From NCBI GenBank assembly GCA_963850905.1, contig CAWKMU010000003.1, positions 1 to 64,000 of the forward strand: a stretch of 64,000 nt of DNA, given 5' to 3'. Shown here piece by piece: positions 32,740 to 42,170 of this stretch. Positions within the stretch are counted from its first letter, which is position 1. Every line of letters begins with the position of its first letter. This DNA is from an uncultured Gemmatimonadales bacterium (GTDB taxonomy: Bacteria > Gemmatimonadota > Gemmatimonadetes > Gemmatimonadales > Gemmatimonadaceae). The notes under the pieces were generated by a model. It searched no databases. It was not told where the DNA came from and saw only the letters and a program-made list of their open reading frames with translations. The position numbers and the translations under genes are program-made.

Positions 32740-33792
32740 CTACGCCTTGGGCGCGAGGTGGTATCCCGGCGTCGACCGCATGATTCCGAGCTCGTCGTCG
32801 GTCATGTCCGCCGGGATATCAGCGAAGAGCGGGGTGCTGAGGTAGCGCTCTCCCGTGTCGGGGAGCATGCACAGCACCGTCGAACCCTTCGCCGCCGTCT
32901 TGCATACCTCGAGCGCGCCGGCAAAGGTGGCGCCGGCGCTGATGCCCACGAAGATGCCCTCCTTCTGCGCGAGGTCGCGGCTGGAGCGCATGGCATCGGC
33001 GGCGGCGACGGTGAGCACGCGGTCGATGACGTGCATCTCCACCGCGTCGCCGGTGAGCTTGGGAACGAAGTCGGGGCTCCAGCCCTGGATCGGATGGGGC
33101 TTCCACGACGGATTGGTAGCTGCCGGCGAGCCGTCCGGGTTGCGCTCCTGTCGGGCTCCGCTCGTGAGCATGGGCGCGTCGGCGGGCTCGCAGACCACGA
33201 TCTTCGTTGCCGGCCGCTCCTTGGCGAGCACACGCGCAACGCCCTTGAGCGTGCCGCCGGTGCCGAAGCCGGTGACCCAGTAATCAAGCCCCTGGCCGGC
33301 GAAGTCGGCGAGGATCTCGGCCGCCGTGGTCCGCGAGTGCATGTCGGCGTTGGCCTCGTTCTCGAACTGGTGGGTGAGGAACCAGCCGTGCGTGCGGGCC
33401 AGCTCAACGGCCTTGTTCACCATGCCCGTGCCCTTCTCGGCCGCCGGCGTGAGCACCACCTTCGCGCCGAGGAAACGCATGAGACGCCGGCGCTCCACGC
33501 TGAAGGTCTCGGCCATCGTCACGACAAGGGGATAACCCTTCTGCGCGCACACCATGGCGAGGCCGATGCCGGTGTTGCCACTCGTGGCCTCGACTACGGT
33601 CTGTCCCGGTTTGAGCGTTCCCGTCCGTTCGGCGTCCTCGATGACGCCGAGGGCGAGGCGGTCCTTCACGGAGCCGAGCGGATTGAAGGCCTCGATCTTC
33701 ACATGAAGATCGACGCCGGGCGGTGCGAGGCGATTGATCTTGACGACCGGCGTGTTGCCGACGGTGCCGAGTATGTTTGCAAATCTGGCCAC
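32740..33792 (-). CDS. cysK: Cysteine synthase A
   Basis: GNTPVV, NPLGSVKDR (PLP lysine), EATSGNTGIG, GTGGT and PDTGERYLST. Confidence 0.95.
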   Translation of the reverse strand: MARFANILGTVGNTPVVKINRLAPPGVDLHVKIEAFNPLGSVKDRLALGVIEDAERTGTLKPGQTVVEATSGNTGIGLAMVCAQKGYPLVVTMAETFSVERRRLMRFLGAKVVLTPAAEKGTGMVNKAVELARTHGWFLTHQFENEANADMHSRTTAAEILADFAGQGLDYWVTGFGTGGTLKGVARVLAKERPATKIVVCEPADAPMLTSGARQERNPDGSPAATNPSWKPHPIQGWSPDFVPKLTGDAVEMHVIDRVLTVAAADAMRSSRDLAQKEGIFVGISAGATFAGALEVCKTAAKGSTVLCMLPDTGERYLSTPLFADIPADMTDDELGIMRSTPGYHLAPKA

Positions 33793-33878
33793 GAAGTGCC
33801 TCCGTTCGGCGTCGCGCCGAAGTGTCGCTGTAAGTCTGCCTCGGCCGGTGCGCATCCATGAATGCCATCGTGCGTGTG

Positions 33879-33984
33879 CCGGCAAGTTACCGGCTCTTCG
33901 TCTGACAGTGCCGTTATCCGTCTGATTGCCCACCCCGGAAACCGGCAGGATATCGGGTCCGATTGTCCCCAGAATTGTCCCCAA
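33879..33984. repeat. Orphan att arm (palindromic boxes plus tandem 12-bp repeat) with no tRNA fragment
   Basis: CCGGCAAGTTACCGG...GATTGTCCCCAG/AATTGTCCCCAA; colinear with the arms at 37851, 41305 and 52365. Confidence 0.85.
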
Positions 33985-34797
33985 CCTTCCGCCGAATGGC
34001 CGGTGTGCGGGTTCCGGAAAGTCTGGCGCGCGAATTCCTGAACCCACACCAGTGAGGCTAACCCAAGATGCGATTTGGCCGCTGACGCAAATTGAAGTCG
34101 GCGTGATGTGACGGCGGTTTGGCTTTGCACCCTTCATCCGAACGTGAACGAATAGGCCTCGGCACCCAGATCCAGAAACTCAATGTTGAAGTTGCGATCC
34201 TGCGCGCCCCGGCGCTGGCGAATGAGCTGATAGAGGCGCGCCTCACGAATCTGGTGTTCTCTTCTGGCTCGCGCAGCCATGAAACCGTCCCGCGCCCTGT
34301 TCGTCGAGGTACTGCGTCGCTGTGGCGTGTAGGGGTCTGGCCCATACCGCGATGTCGTTTGCATCGGCGATTGCGTGCGTTGCGATGTTGCGGGCGCTCA
34401 AGCGGTGGGACTGCGGACGATCTGGATCAATCCGACGCGAAGCCCACTGCCGTTCGACGCCCCCAAGCCGGATGCTTGGGTGGCTGATCTGCGCGACCTC
34501 GTGCCTGCGGATTCAGCCCACGCGCTTTAGCCGCGGCCAATCTCCCGGTCTCCGCCGAGACACGTTAGTTCGATGCGACGAGCGTCTGGAACTTTGGGTT
34601 ATTCCGCAACGGGGCGAACAATGGATCGATCCGTAGCTCCGCCCGTGTGACCCAGAATGGCACCCGCAGCACCTGCGCGAGCGCGTCGATCGCTTCGTCC
34701 TGCTCGCCGACCAGTACGTCCGCGCGAGCATCTGCTCATAGTATGGGCCGACATACGCGTCCTGCGCGGCCGGCACCATCGCGACCGCGTGTCGCGG

Positions 34798-35027
34798 ACA
34801 CATTCCTGTACACTCCCGCGTGCGATCCCGAGGAAGTTGCGCCGTTCGGCCGCCGTGAACCGCCCGTTCCCCTCCGCGATATTCGCCGCGATGGACAGTG
34901 CCGCGCGATTGAGCTGGTCCGCCAGGAAGTAGTACCACCGCGGGCCCCGCCCCGTCGCCGTGCACACCGCATCGGCAAACATGACGCTCTTCTGGTACAC
35001 TAGGAGCTTCTCGAAGGCGGACCCCAC
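34798..35027 (-). pseudogene. Four-helix-bundle protein, C-truncated; copy 2
   Basis: SAFEKLLVYQKSV...LADQLNRAALSIAANIAEGNGRFT...ARGSVQECV, then unrelated sequence. Confidence 0.88.
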
Positions 35028-35067
35028 GCGCTCGCGCTACGGCCTCGCGTCAATCCAGCGTCATAGA

Positions 35068-35208
35068 GCAGAAAGGAGAAAGGAGAGAGGAGACCGAGTA
35101 GAACGGCCCCGAGGCGCTCACTGCCTTCGGGGCCGTTAGTTGCTGTTCGTCTACTTTCTACTTTCTGTGTCGCTACTCTCTATTTTTGGCCGCTGTGCGG
35201 CCAAAAAT
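35068..35208. repeat. Structured post-tRNA tail with mismatched (chimeric) heptamer arms
   Basis: GCAGAAAGGAGAAAGGAGA...CGGCCCCGAGGC/GCCTTCGGGGCCG...TCTACTTTCTACTTTCTG, then the terminator-like hairpin. Confidence 0.88.
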
Positions 35209-35253
35209 GGGCCTGGGTAGAGTTGAACTACCGACCTCACGCTTATCAGGCGT
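35208..35253 (-). tRNA. 3' half of tRNA-Ile(GAT), att-site scar 2
   Basis: Identical core TGGGCCTGGGTAGAGTTGAACTACCGACCTCACGCTTATCAG. Confidence 0.92.
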
Positions 35254-35354
35254 CCCCAAGCCGTCCGGAATGACCGCGATTTGCCCGTTTTCCCTATGAT
35301 AGCCCGCGCCACTGCCCGAGTGCGTGGGCGTAAATGCCCGAACATGACCGGCCC

Positions 35355-35378
35355 AACGGACACCGGAACGGACACCAG
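35355..35378. repeat. Tandem 12-bp direct repeat (putative arm site)
   Basis: AACGGACACCGG/AACGGACACCAG, 106 bp from the anticodon loop. Confidence 0.75.
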
Positions 35379-35428
35379 CTGACGGGTGCTTGCTACCGGT
35401 GGCAGACCCGTTGCCACCCGGCGGATCA

Positions 35429-35775
35429 TCACCCGAGTGCGATGACAGCGGTGTCGGCCTGCGCCAGCAGCATCAGGACGGCGTTCAGTTGGGAGCGGAG
35501 GAGCTGGGCAACGTCTGCGGTGGAACAGTTGCCGAGACGAATCCAGATGACCTTGGGCGGCGCTCCGTATAAAACGGTGAGCCGATGAAAGTCTTCGTCT
35601 TTCGTCACGAGGGTGAAGCCGTGCTGACGAGCATACTCCCACACTCTCGCATCGCTGGCTCCCTGGAGGTTGGCCACGCTCACGTGCGTCGAGCGCGGAT
35701 AGACGTCCGACAGTGCCTCGACGAGCCGCGCGGCAAGGTTCTCGTCGAATAACAGCCTCGGAGGAGGCTCAGGCA
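35429..35775 (-). CDS. DUF5615 PIN-like toxin (start codon uncertain)
   Basis: RLLFDENL...STHV...SDARVWEYA...VTKDEDF...PPKVIWIRLGN. Confidence 0.85.
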
Positions 35776-35996
35776 GCGGGGTTGCTCCGAAGGGTGCGCT
35801 CGCGCTCCGCCGCGAAGGCCAGGCAGGCTCGAATGTCGTCCCGGGTCAGCACCGGGAAATCGGCGAGGACCTGGTCTTCGCTCATGCCCGAGGCCAGATA
35901 TGACAGTACGTCGCCCACGCTAATCCGGGTTCCCCGGACGATGGGTTTGCCGAACCGGATCTCGGGATCGATCACGATCCGCTGGCGGTAATCCAT
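35769..35996 (-). CDS. DUF433 family antitoxin
   Basis: IVIDPEIRFGKPIVRGTRISVGDVL...GMS...DFP.LTRDDIRACLAFAA. Confidence 0.92.
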   Translation of the reverse strand: MDYRQRIVIDPEIRFGKPIVRGTRISVGDVLSYLASGMSEDQVLADFPVLTRDDIRACLAFAAERERTLRSNPAA

Positions 35997-36108
35997 AGGT
36001 GGGATCCTAGGGGCCTCGATGAAGGGGGTCAATAGTGACTCGGGCGCGATGGGTAGCGCTCCCGCTCGACGACGCGACTACCCCTGAGGAGCCGCGGCCC
36101 GAGTAGGC

Positions 36109-36137
36109 TTGCCAACTATCCCACTTTGTAGTATACT
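36109..36137 (+). promoter_or_regulatory. Sigma70-type promoter of the RelE/HigB-HTH operon
   Basis: TTGCCA-17 bp-TATACT. Confidence 0.65.
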
Positions 36138-36197
36138 TAGGCTCCGTTGGAAGGCGGCGAACTGGCTGGACCCAGCCCGTTAGGGCGGAGCCAAAAG

Positions 36198-36524
36198 GTG
36201 GACTTCGTATTCGTGGAGGTCAGCGTCTTCACTAAGCAGATCGCAAACCTTGGCCTTGATGAGAACCTCCGGCAGTTGCAAATCGAATTACTACTCAACC
36301 CGCGAAAGGGACCAGTCGAACCTGGGACCGGTGGCGTCAGAAAGGTGCGAATGGCGGACAGCTCACGCGGCAAAGGCAAACGATCTGGGACGCGGGTGCT
36401 GTACGTGTATGCTGAAAGTCGCTTGACGATCTATCTACTTTGGCTTTACTCGAAGGGTGAGACGGATCGGCTCTCTGAGGAGCAGAGGAAACAGCTCAGA
36501 GCTATCGTGAAGGGGCTTGTATAG
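36198..36524 (+). CDS. RelE/HigB-like toxin
   Basis: NPRKGPVEPGTGGVRKVR...GKGKRSGTRVLY...IYLLWLYSKGE. Confidence 0.88.
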   Translation: MDFVFVEVSVFTKQIANLGLDENLRQLQIELLLNPRKGPVEPGTGGVRKVRMADSSRGKGKRSGTRVLYVYAESRLTIYLLWLYSKGETDRLSEEQRKQLRAIVKGLV

Positions 36525-36569
36525 CCTTTGAGTAAACGGTCGGACCAAACATCGTTGGAGTAGGCACAA

Positions 36570-37046
36570 ATGACGGATGACGCAATGGCTCCGGAACAGT
36601 TCGCGGAACTGCTCGGTGCGGTCAAGGAGGCCGCGGCACACTATCGGGGCGAGAAGCTCGAACTACGAACGACGGTGATGCCGGTCCCACCTGGGGCCAT
36701 GTCGCCCACGGCACTACGAGAGTTCAGGAATGCGCTCGGAATGTCGCAGGCCGTATTCGCCGGCTACCTAAACGTCACCCCCAAGGCGGTACAGGCGTGG
36801 GAGCAGGGCGAGCGTCGGCTCTCCGGCTCCGCGCTTGCGCTCGTCCGCCTCGGTCAGCGGAACCCCGAGATTGTATTTCCAATGCAGGCTCGCGCGGCTG
36901 CGACCGGGCTTCAGGCGATCTTCGGCAAGCACTGGACGGACCGCCAGATTGCCGCCAAGCGCGCGGGGCGACCAATTGCGAAGCGTGCAGTCGTCCACGG
37001 AAAGCGCGCCCCGACGCACGCAAAATCCGCACGCGGCTCGCGCTGA
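36570..37046 (+). CDS. HigA-like XRE HTH antitoxin with basic C-terminal extension
   Basis: RNALGMSQAVFAGYLNVTPKAVQAWEQGERRLSG. Confidence 0.85.
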   Translation: MTDDAMAPEQFAELLGAVKEAAAHYRGEKLELRTTVMPVPPGAMSPTALREFRNALGMSQAVFAGYLNVTPKAVQAWEQGERRLSGSALALVRLGQRNPEIVFPMQARAAATGLQAIFGKHWTDRQIAAKRAGRPIAKRAVVHGKRAPTHAKSARGSR

Positions 37047-37207
37047 CAAGGTCCGGGCGGCCGACGCTTCCTGCCCCGCGTCAATTCGGAATCGCGCGGT
37101 CCACTATCTGGTTCTTGTGATTGCTGCTGCAAGGCGCCGCGCCCATGTCGTCCGCGAATGTCGACTCGAAGACACGCCCCCTCGAGCGCGGCGCGAATGC
37201 GACGAGC

Positions 37208-37627
37208 TCACTGCGGGTCGTCAGGCCGTAGCGCTTGCGGAGGCGTCCTTCCGCACGTACTTCCCGCGGGGCGCCGGTTCTCTAGCCCCTTGATCAGTCC
37301 CGACGTCATCCGCGAGATCTCCTCGAGCTCCGCTCGGAGGCGTGCGTGGACGTCCGCCTCCAGCACCTGTCGCCGCATCGCGATCTCGAGCAGCGGCACA
37401 CACTCCCGCACACTCCCCCGCGCAATCCCAAAGAAATTGCGCCGATCCGCAACCGTGAATCGCCCGTTCCCCTCGGCGAGATTCGCCGCGATCGAGAGCG
37501 CCGCCCGATTCAACTGATCGGCAAGGAAGAAGTATCCGCGCGGGAACCGTCTCGTCCCTGCACAGACAGCATCGGCGAAGTTGATACTCTTTTGGTAGCC
37601 GACTAGCTTCTCGAAGGCGAACGGCAC
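37208..37627 (-). CDS. Four-helix-bundle protein (TIGR02436 / 23S-IVS protein / Avd-like), only full-length copy; copy 3
   Basis: FAFEKLVGYQKS...LADQLNRAALSIAANLAEGNGR...FFGIARGSVRECVPLLEIA...LEEISRMTSGLIK. Confidence 0.92.
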   Translation of the reverse strand: MPFAFEKLVGYQKSINFADAVCAGTRRFPRGYFFLADQLNRAALSIAANLAEGNGRFTVADRRNFFGIARGSVRECVPLLEIAMRRQVLEADVHARLRAELEEISRMTSGLIKGLENRRPAGSTCGRTPPQALRPDDPQ

Positions 37628-37668
37628 GGGCGGACGCTCGCGCTGCGGCGTCAGCCGCGCGTCATAGA

Positions 37669-37807
37669 GCAGAAAGGAGAAAGGAGAGAGGAGACCGAGG
37701 AGCCCGGCCTCGTGGCGCACTCGCCATCCAGACCGCCCGAGCTCTTCGTCTCCTTTCTCCTTTCTGCCTCGCTCCTCTCTATTTTTGGCCGCTGTGCGGC
37801 CAAAAAT
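37669..37807. repeat. Structured post-tRNA tail, G/C heptamer type
   Basis: Perfect 19-bp inverted repeat GCAGAAAGGAGAAAGGAGA (37669-37687) / TCTCCTTTCTCCTTTCTGC (37749-37767), then the terminator-like hairpin. Confidence 0.9.
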
Positions 37808-37850
37808 GGGCCTGGGTAGAGTTGAACTACCGACCTCACGCTTATCAGGC
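37807..37850 (-). tRNA. 3' half of tRNA-Ile(GAT), att-site scar 3
   Basis: Identical core sequence. Confidence 0.92.
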
Positions 37851-37976
37851 ATCTGTAATGCAGACGATCGGCCGACAACTTGCCGGTTCTGCTCTGACGG
37901 TGTCGCCATCCGCCGACCTGCACACTCTCGGAACCGACAGGATGTCGGTCTCAATTGTCCCCAGAATTGTCCCCAA
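37851..37976. repeat. att arm with AATTGTCCCCAG/AATTGTCCCCAA repeat (37953-37976)
   Basis: About 126 bp, homologous to 41305-41430, 52365-52491 and 33879-33984. Confidence 0.88.
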
Positions 37977-38324
37977 TACGGCGCCCTGCCTCAAGAAAGG
38001 CACCCCATCCACGAAGTACTGTGCCGGAGAACAGGTGTCTCCGTCGCAGTCGATCATCATAGAAATCGTATTCCCGAGAAGATTCTGTGAAGTCGGGCGT
38101 CGCGTGCTCTGGAACGGCGCGCGAACGGTCGCCTTTGTTCTGACCGAGTGATACGTTGCCGGCGTTGAGGCGCAATGTGACAGGATAGCGGAAACTGCGG
38201 CCTGCAGGGGATCTGCTGCGGGAGTTCGTCCAGGGGTTCCAACCCTTTCCCACGCGGTACTGTCCTACACGTGATCCACGGCGCGCTCGCTAGGACCCGC
38301 GACCCCTGTAGCCGGCCACTCGCT

Positions 38325-40772
38325 ATGGAAGCAGCCCTCCAGACCCTGCGCTACGCGGCGCGCCGACTCGCGCGCACGCCCGCGTTCACCCTGATCGCCC
38401 TCGCCACCCTGGCGATCGCGATCGGCGCCAGCACCGCCGCGTTCAGCCTCGTGAACGGGGTGCTTCTCAAGCCACTTGGCTTCGAGCGACCGGACCGCCT
38501 CGCGTATCTCCACGCCACCGAGGCGCGGCAAGTCTTCACGGAGATGGCGCCGCCGGATGTGATCGACTACCAGAACCAGACGCACAGCTTCACCGCGATC
38601 GTTCCCTTCCGGAGTGGACAGACCGTCACCCTCCTCCGCCCCAAAGCCCCTCCGCTGCTCGTCAACGGGGCTCGGGTGGGCGCCGACTTCTTTTCCGTCC
38701 TCGGCACGCACGCACAGCTCGGACGCACGTTTGCGCACGGCGAGGATGCGAGAACGGCGACCCGAGTGCTCGTCCTGTCCGATGGCGCCTGGCATCGGTA
38801 CTTCGCCGCCGACCCCGGGGTCATCGGCAGCCAGGTCAGGCTGGACGGGGACCTTTACATCATCGTTGGTGTGGCGCTGCCTCGGTTCACGTTCCCCGAC
38901 AATGCCGAAGTCTGGTACCCGGCAGTGTGGGGGGACTGGGAGATCGGCGACATTGGCCGGGGCAATCATATTGCCCATGCGATCGCCCGGCTGCGCGATG
39001 GCGTCACGCTCGCCAGCGCCCAGCGCGACCTGAGCACCGTCGCGAGCCGCATCGCTCAACAATTCCCCAAACAGGAAGCTGGGATCGGCGTGGCCGCCGT
39101 CCCGATCCGGCAAGCGATCGTGGGCGACGTGGAGCGGCCGCTCTGGGCCATCCTGGGGGCCGTGATGTTCGTGCTGCTCATTGCCTGCGCGAATGTGGCG
39201 AACCTGCTGCTCGTCCGCGCCGCATCCCGCACGAGCGAAGTGGCCGTGCGCACCGCGCTCGGGGCGGGACGCCGCCAGCTCCTCGGCCAGTCGCTCGCCG
39301 AGAGCATGCTCATCGCCGTGGGCGGGACCGTGCTCGGCACGGTGATCGCTATCTTCGTCGTGCATGTCCTGACGGCGAGCGCCACGCTCGCGCTCCCGCG
39401 CATGCAGGATGTGGGCATCGACATCCGCGTGCTCGCCTTTGCCGCCACGCTTGCCGTTGGCACAGGTGCCGTCTTCGGGCTCATCCCCGCGCTCCATGCG
39501 TCCGGTTGGGACATCGCAACAATTCTTCGCTCTGGCCGGGGGACCGGTGGCTCCGCTGGAAGCGAGCGCGCCCGATCCGTTCTCGTCTTTGCCGAGTTGG
39601 CACTGGGGACCGTGTTGCTCGTGGGGGCTGGGCTCCTGATCCGCAGCTTTGAGCGCTTGACCAACGTAGACCCCGGCTTCAGGCCAGATCACCTCGTGGT
39701 ATTTGATGTCGCCCTGAGCGGCAACAAGTACGAGAACGATCCGCCAGTTATCCAGTTCTCGGACCGGGTGCAAGCAGGACTCGCGGCTATGCCAGGTGTG
39801 CAGAGCGTGGCGGTGGCGGCCAACCGCCCGTTCGATCCGGAAAGCGGCAGCTCGTCGCCGTCGTTCACGATCGACGGCACGCCGCCATCGACACCCGGCA
39901 CAGAGCCCTACGCCCGGCTCGTACCGGTCTCCCCCGACTTTTTCCGCACCATGGGGATGACGCTCGTGCGCGGCCGCACGTTTACCGATGACGAGAACCG
40001 GCTCGACGCGGTCCGGGTGCTGGTGATCAACCAAGCCCTGGCAGACCGCTACTTCCCAGGACAGAACCCGATCGGGCAGCACCTGACGTCCCGCTTTCTT
40101 CACGGCGGTTCCAACCCTGACAGCGCGGTGCACCCCTCCGGAGAGATCATCGGCGTCGTGCGCAATGCGAATTTCGAGTCGCTGAAGACCACACCGGAGC
40201 CGGCGACGTTCTTCCCGTACCGGCGGTTCCCGTTCAACACGACCTTCGTCCTTCGCACCGCACTCCCGCTCACAGGGCTCGAGCACGAGATCCGGCAGGT
40301 GGTCGCATCGATCGATCCTGATGTGCCGATTTATGAGCTCGGGACGATGACCGGAGCCGTGGCCGCATCAATGTCGCAGTCCCGCTTCTACACGTCGTTA
40401 CTCACGGCGTTTGCTGGCATCGCGCTGCTGCTCGCCACCCTAGGCGTTTACGGGGTGATCTCCTACGCGGTGAGCCAGCAGACCCGGGACTTCGGGATTC
40501 GTATTGCGCTGGGCGCGGCCTCGCACGATGTTGTGAACCTTGTGCTCGGACGGGGCGCATTGCTCATCCTCCCTGGCCTGGCGGCGGGCGTAGTGGGGGC
40601 CGTGTTCCTCACGCGTACGATCCGCGGACTCCTCTTCGGCATCACACCACTGGATCCGCCGACGCTTGGGCTCGTGTGCGTCGTGTTCGCCACCGTGGGC
40701 GCGATCGCGTCCTGGCTCCCAGCCCGTCGAGCCGCACGCGTGGATCCGATCATTGCGATGCGCTCGGAATGA
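38325..40772 (+). CDS. ADOP / MacB-FtsX duplicated ABC permease
   Basis: LRYAARRL.RTPAFT, VLLIACANVANLLL, GIRIALGA and PARRAARVDPIIAMRSE. Confidence 0.93.
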   Translation: MEAALQTLRYAARRLARTPAFTLIALATLAIAIGASTAAFSLVNGVLLKPLGFERPDRLAYLHATEARQVFTEMAPPDVIDYQNQTHSFTAIVPFRSGQTVTLLRPKAPPLLVNGARVGADFFSVLGTHAQLGRTFAHGEDARTATRVLVLSDGAWHRYFAADPGVIGSQVRLDGDLYIIVGVALPRFTFPDNAEVWYPAVWGDWEIGDIGRGNHIAHAIARLRDGVTLASAQRDLSTVASRIAQQFPKQEAGIGVAAVPIRQAIVGDVERPLWAILGAVMFVLLIACANVANLLLVRAASRTSEVAVRTALGAGRRQLLGQSLAESMLIAVGGTVLGTVIAIFVVHVLTASATLALPRMQDVGIDIRVLAFAATLAVGTGAVFGLIPALHASGWDIATILRSGRGTGGSAGSERARSVLVFAELALGTVLLVGAGLLIRSFERLTNVDPGFRPDHLVVFDVALSGNKYENDPPVIQFSDRVQAGLAAMPGVQSVAVAANRPFDPESGSSSPSFTIDGTPPSTPGTEPYARLVPVSPDFFRTMGMTLVRGRTFTDDENRLDAVRVLVINQALADRYFPGQNPIGQHLTSRFLHGGSNPDSAVHPSGEIIGVVRNANFESLKTTPEPATFFPYRRFPFNTTFVLRTALPLTGLEHEIRQVVASIDPDVPIYELGTMTGAVAASMSQSRFYTSLLTAFAGIALLLATLGVYGVISYAVSQQTRDFGIRIALGAASHDVVNLVLGRGALLILPGLAAGVVGAVFLTRTIRGLLFGITPLDPPTLGLVCVVFATVGAIASWLPARRAARVDPIIAMRSE

Positions 40773-41184
40773 TCTTGCAGGCGTGAAAGGCTAAACTCTC
40801 TTGTAGAAGCACACAGGGAGAAGGAGAGCGACGGGGGACGACCGGACCTGCCGCGCTCCGACGGAAGCCTCCGAGTGAGCCAAAGACCGACCCCGCTTAA
40901 ACATCTATGTCACTGGGGACGTGATCTCTCGTCGTGGCCGGAGCGGTCGCACAGTACGCGCACAGGATCGTCGACCTCTTTTTTTGCGGCTTCGTCACGA
41001 GCGAAAAATGTTCTGCTCGGCTCGCTCCAAACAACGCTCTGTGCTCGTTGCGGAGCAGTTCAAGAAGCTGCAGACGGCCGCGCGGCCAGGCGTCCGTCAG
41101 TCGAGTCGCTGCTGATCCTGGGCAACCTGACGGGTAACAGCGTCGGGGCTCTACGCCAGCTCCGATGGTTGGATATTCCCTTAT

Positions 41185-41212
41185 GACCTCACGCCTACTT
41201 AGGCGTGAGGTC
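41185..41212. repeat. Perfect palindrome resembling the tRNA-Ile anticodon arm
   Basis: GACCTCACGCCT-ACTT-AGGCGTGAGGTC. Confidence 0.85.
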
Positions 41213-41260
41213 CACACCATTAACGCGCCTACGTAAGTGCTTGTGCAACGGTGCCTTGAA

Positions 41261-41304
41261 TGGGCCTGGGTAGAGTTGAACTACCGACCTCACGCTTATC
41301 AGGC
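41261..41304 (-). tRNA. 3' half of tRNA-Ile(GAT), att-site scar 4 (no structured tail)
   Basis: Identical core sequence. Confidence 0.92.
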
Positions 41305-41430
41305 ATCTGGAATGCAGGCGATCGGCCGACAAGTTGTCGGTTCCCCACTGACGGTGTCGCTATCCGCCGACTTGCACACCCGCTCAACCGACAAGATGTC
41401 GGCTCCAATTGTCCCCAGAATTGTCCCCAA
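41305..41430. repeat. att arm with AATTGTCCCC tandem repeat (41407-41430)
   Basis: Homologous to 37851-37976. Confidence 0.88.
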
Positions 41431-41489
41431 GCTAACGCTGCGGGCGGGGGCCAGCCAACTCCGCTTGCCGTGGTCCAGTCGCCGACCCG

Positions 41490-41837
41490 TCAGCCAGCCA
41501 CGCGTCTCAACTCCGCTTCGCATGCATCGCGCAGTGGACCCAAGTCACTCTCAATCATCCGCCACATGAGTTCCTCGTCTACTTCATCGTACTCGTGGCG
41601 AAGCACGTTCCCGAGTGCGCGCACGTCGATCCACGAAATCGACGGATAGCGCGCATCCATGTGCGTTCCGAGTTTGGCGGCGGCCTCGCTGATCCGACCG
41701 AAGCACCGTTCCACGGCATCCCGGGTCAACGAGCTTTCAGCGAATGCCTCGCCGTTCATCCCGCACACATAGGCACGGATGCGGTCGATGTTCTCGACAA
41801 TGTCGCGAAGCCGACGCGCCGGATCCGACGTTGGCAC
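41490..41837 (-). CDS. HepT-like HEPN toxin (DUF86)
   Basis: DAVERCFGRISEAA...ISWIDVRALGNVLRHEYD. Confidence 0.9.
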   Translation of the reverse strand: MPTSDPARRLRDIVENIDRIRAYVCGMNGEAFAESSLTRDAVERCFGRISEAAAKLGTHMDARYPSISWIDVRALGNVLRHEYDEVDEELMWRMIESDLGPLRDACEAELRRVAG

Positions 41838-41849
41838 GAGACCTCGCGC

Positions 41850-42170
41850 CTAGAACGCAACAACGGCGTCCCGCTCAGCCGCGGGCCGCACATGCGGCTG
41901 AAGTCGGCGACGCTGGACCACCTCGATGGGTCTTCCAAGGAGCTCGCCCAGTCCTTGGATCTCCCGGACGGCTCCCACATACGCAAGCAGGGTCGGACGA
42001 CCGGCAGGATCTAACTCAATCATGATGTCGACGTCACTTCCCGGCAGGTCCTCACCTCGAGCCACCGAGCCGAAGACGGCAGCGTGCAACACGCCGCGCC
42101 GCTTTAGTTGTGCGGCCCGAGCGCGGAGGAGCGTGAGAACACGGTCCAGTGTCTTATCAGAGGGTGCCAT
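41850..42170 (-). CDS. MntA-like minimal nucleotidyltransferase antitoxin
   Basis: VFGSVARGEDLPGSDVDIMIE. Confidence 0.92.
   Translation of the reverse strand: MAPSDKTLDRVLTLLRARAAQLKRRGVLHAAVFGSVARGEDLPGSDVDIMIELDPAGRPTLLAYVGAVREIQGLGELLGRPIEVVQRRRLQPHVRPAAERDAVVAF

Noticed and set aside
37628..37954. Recurring ORF peptides such as MGLGRVELPTSRLSG, LISVRSVVQLYPGP and PDKREVGSSTLPRPI, and the long N-terminal extensions of the 37208 and 46095 ORFs
   Set aside because: They are translations of the tRNA fragment, arm and tail, not proteins.
38265..40286. 673-aa minus-strand ORF and similar long antisense ORFs
   Set aside because: These are shadow frames of well-supported genes in GC-rich DNA.
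40897..41000. HNH nuclease (CAYC...TTRDHVP on the minus strand)
   Set aside because: Only about 20 residues of motif precede a stop; too short to call.
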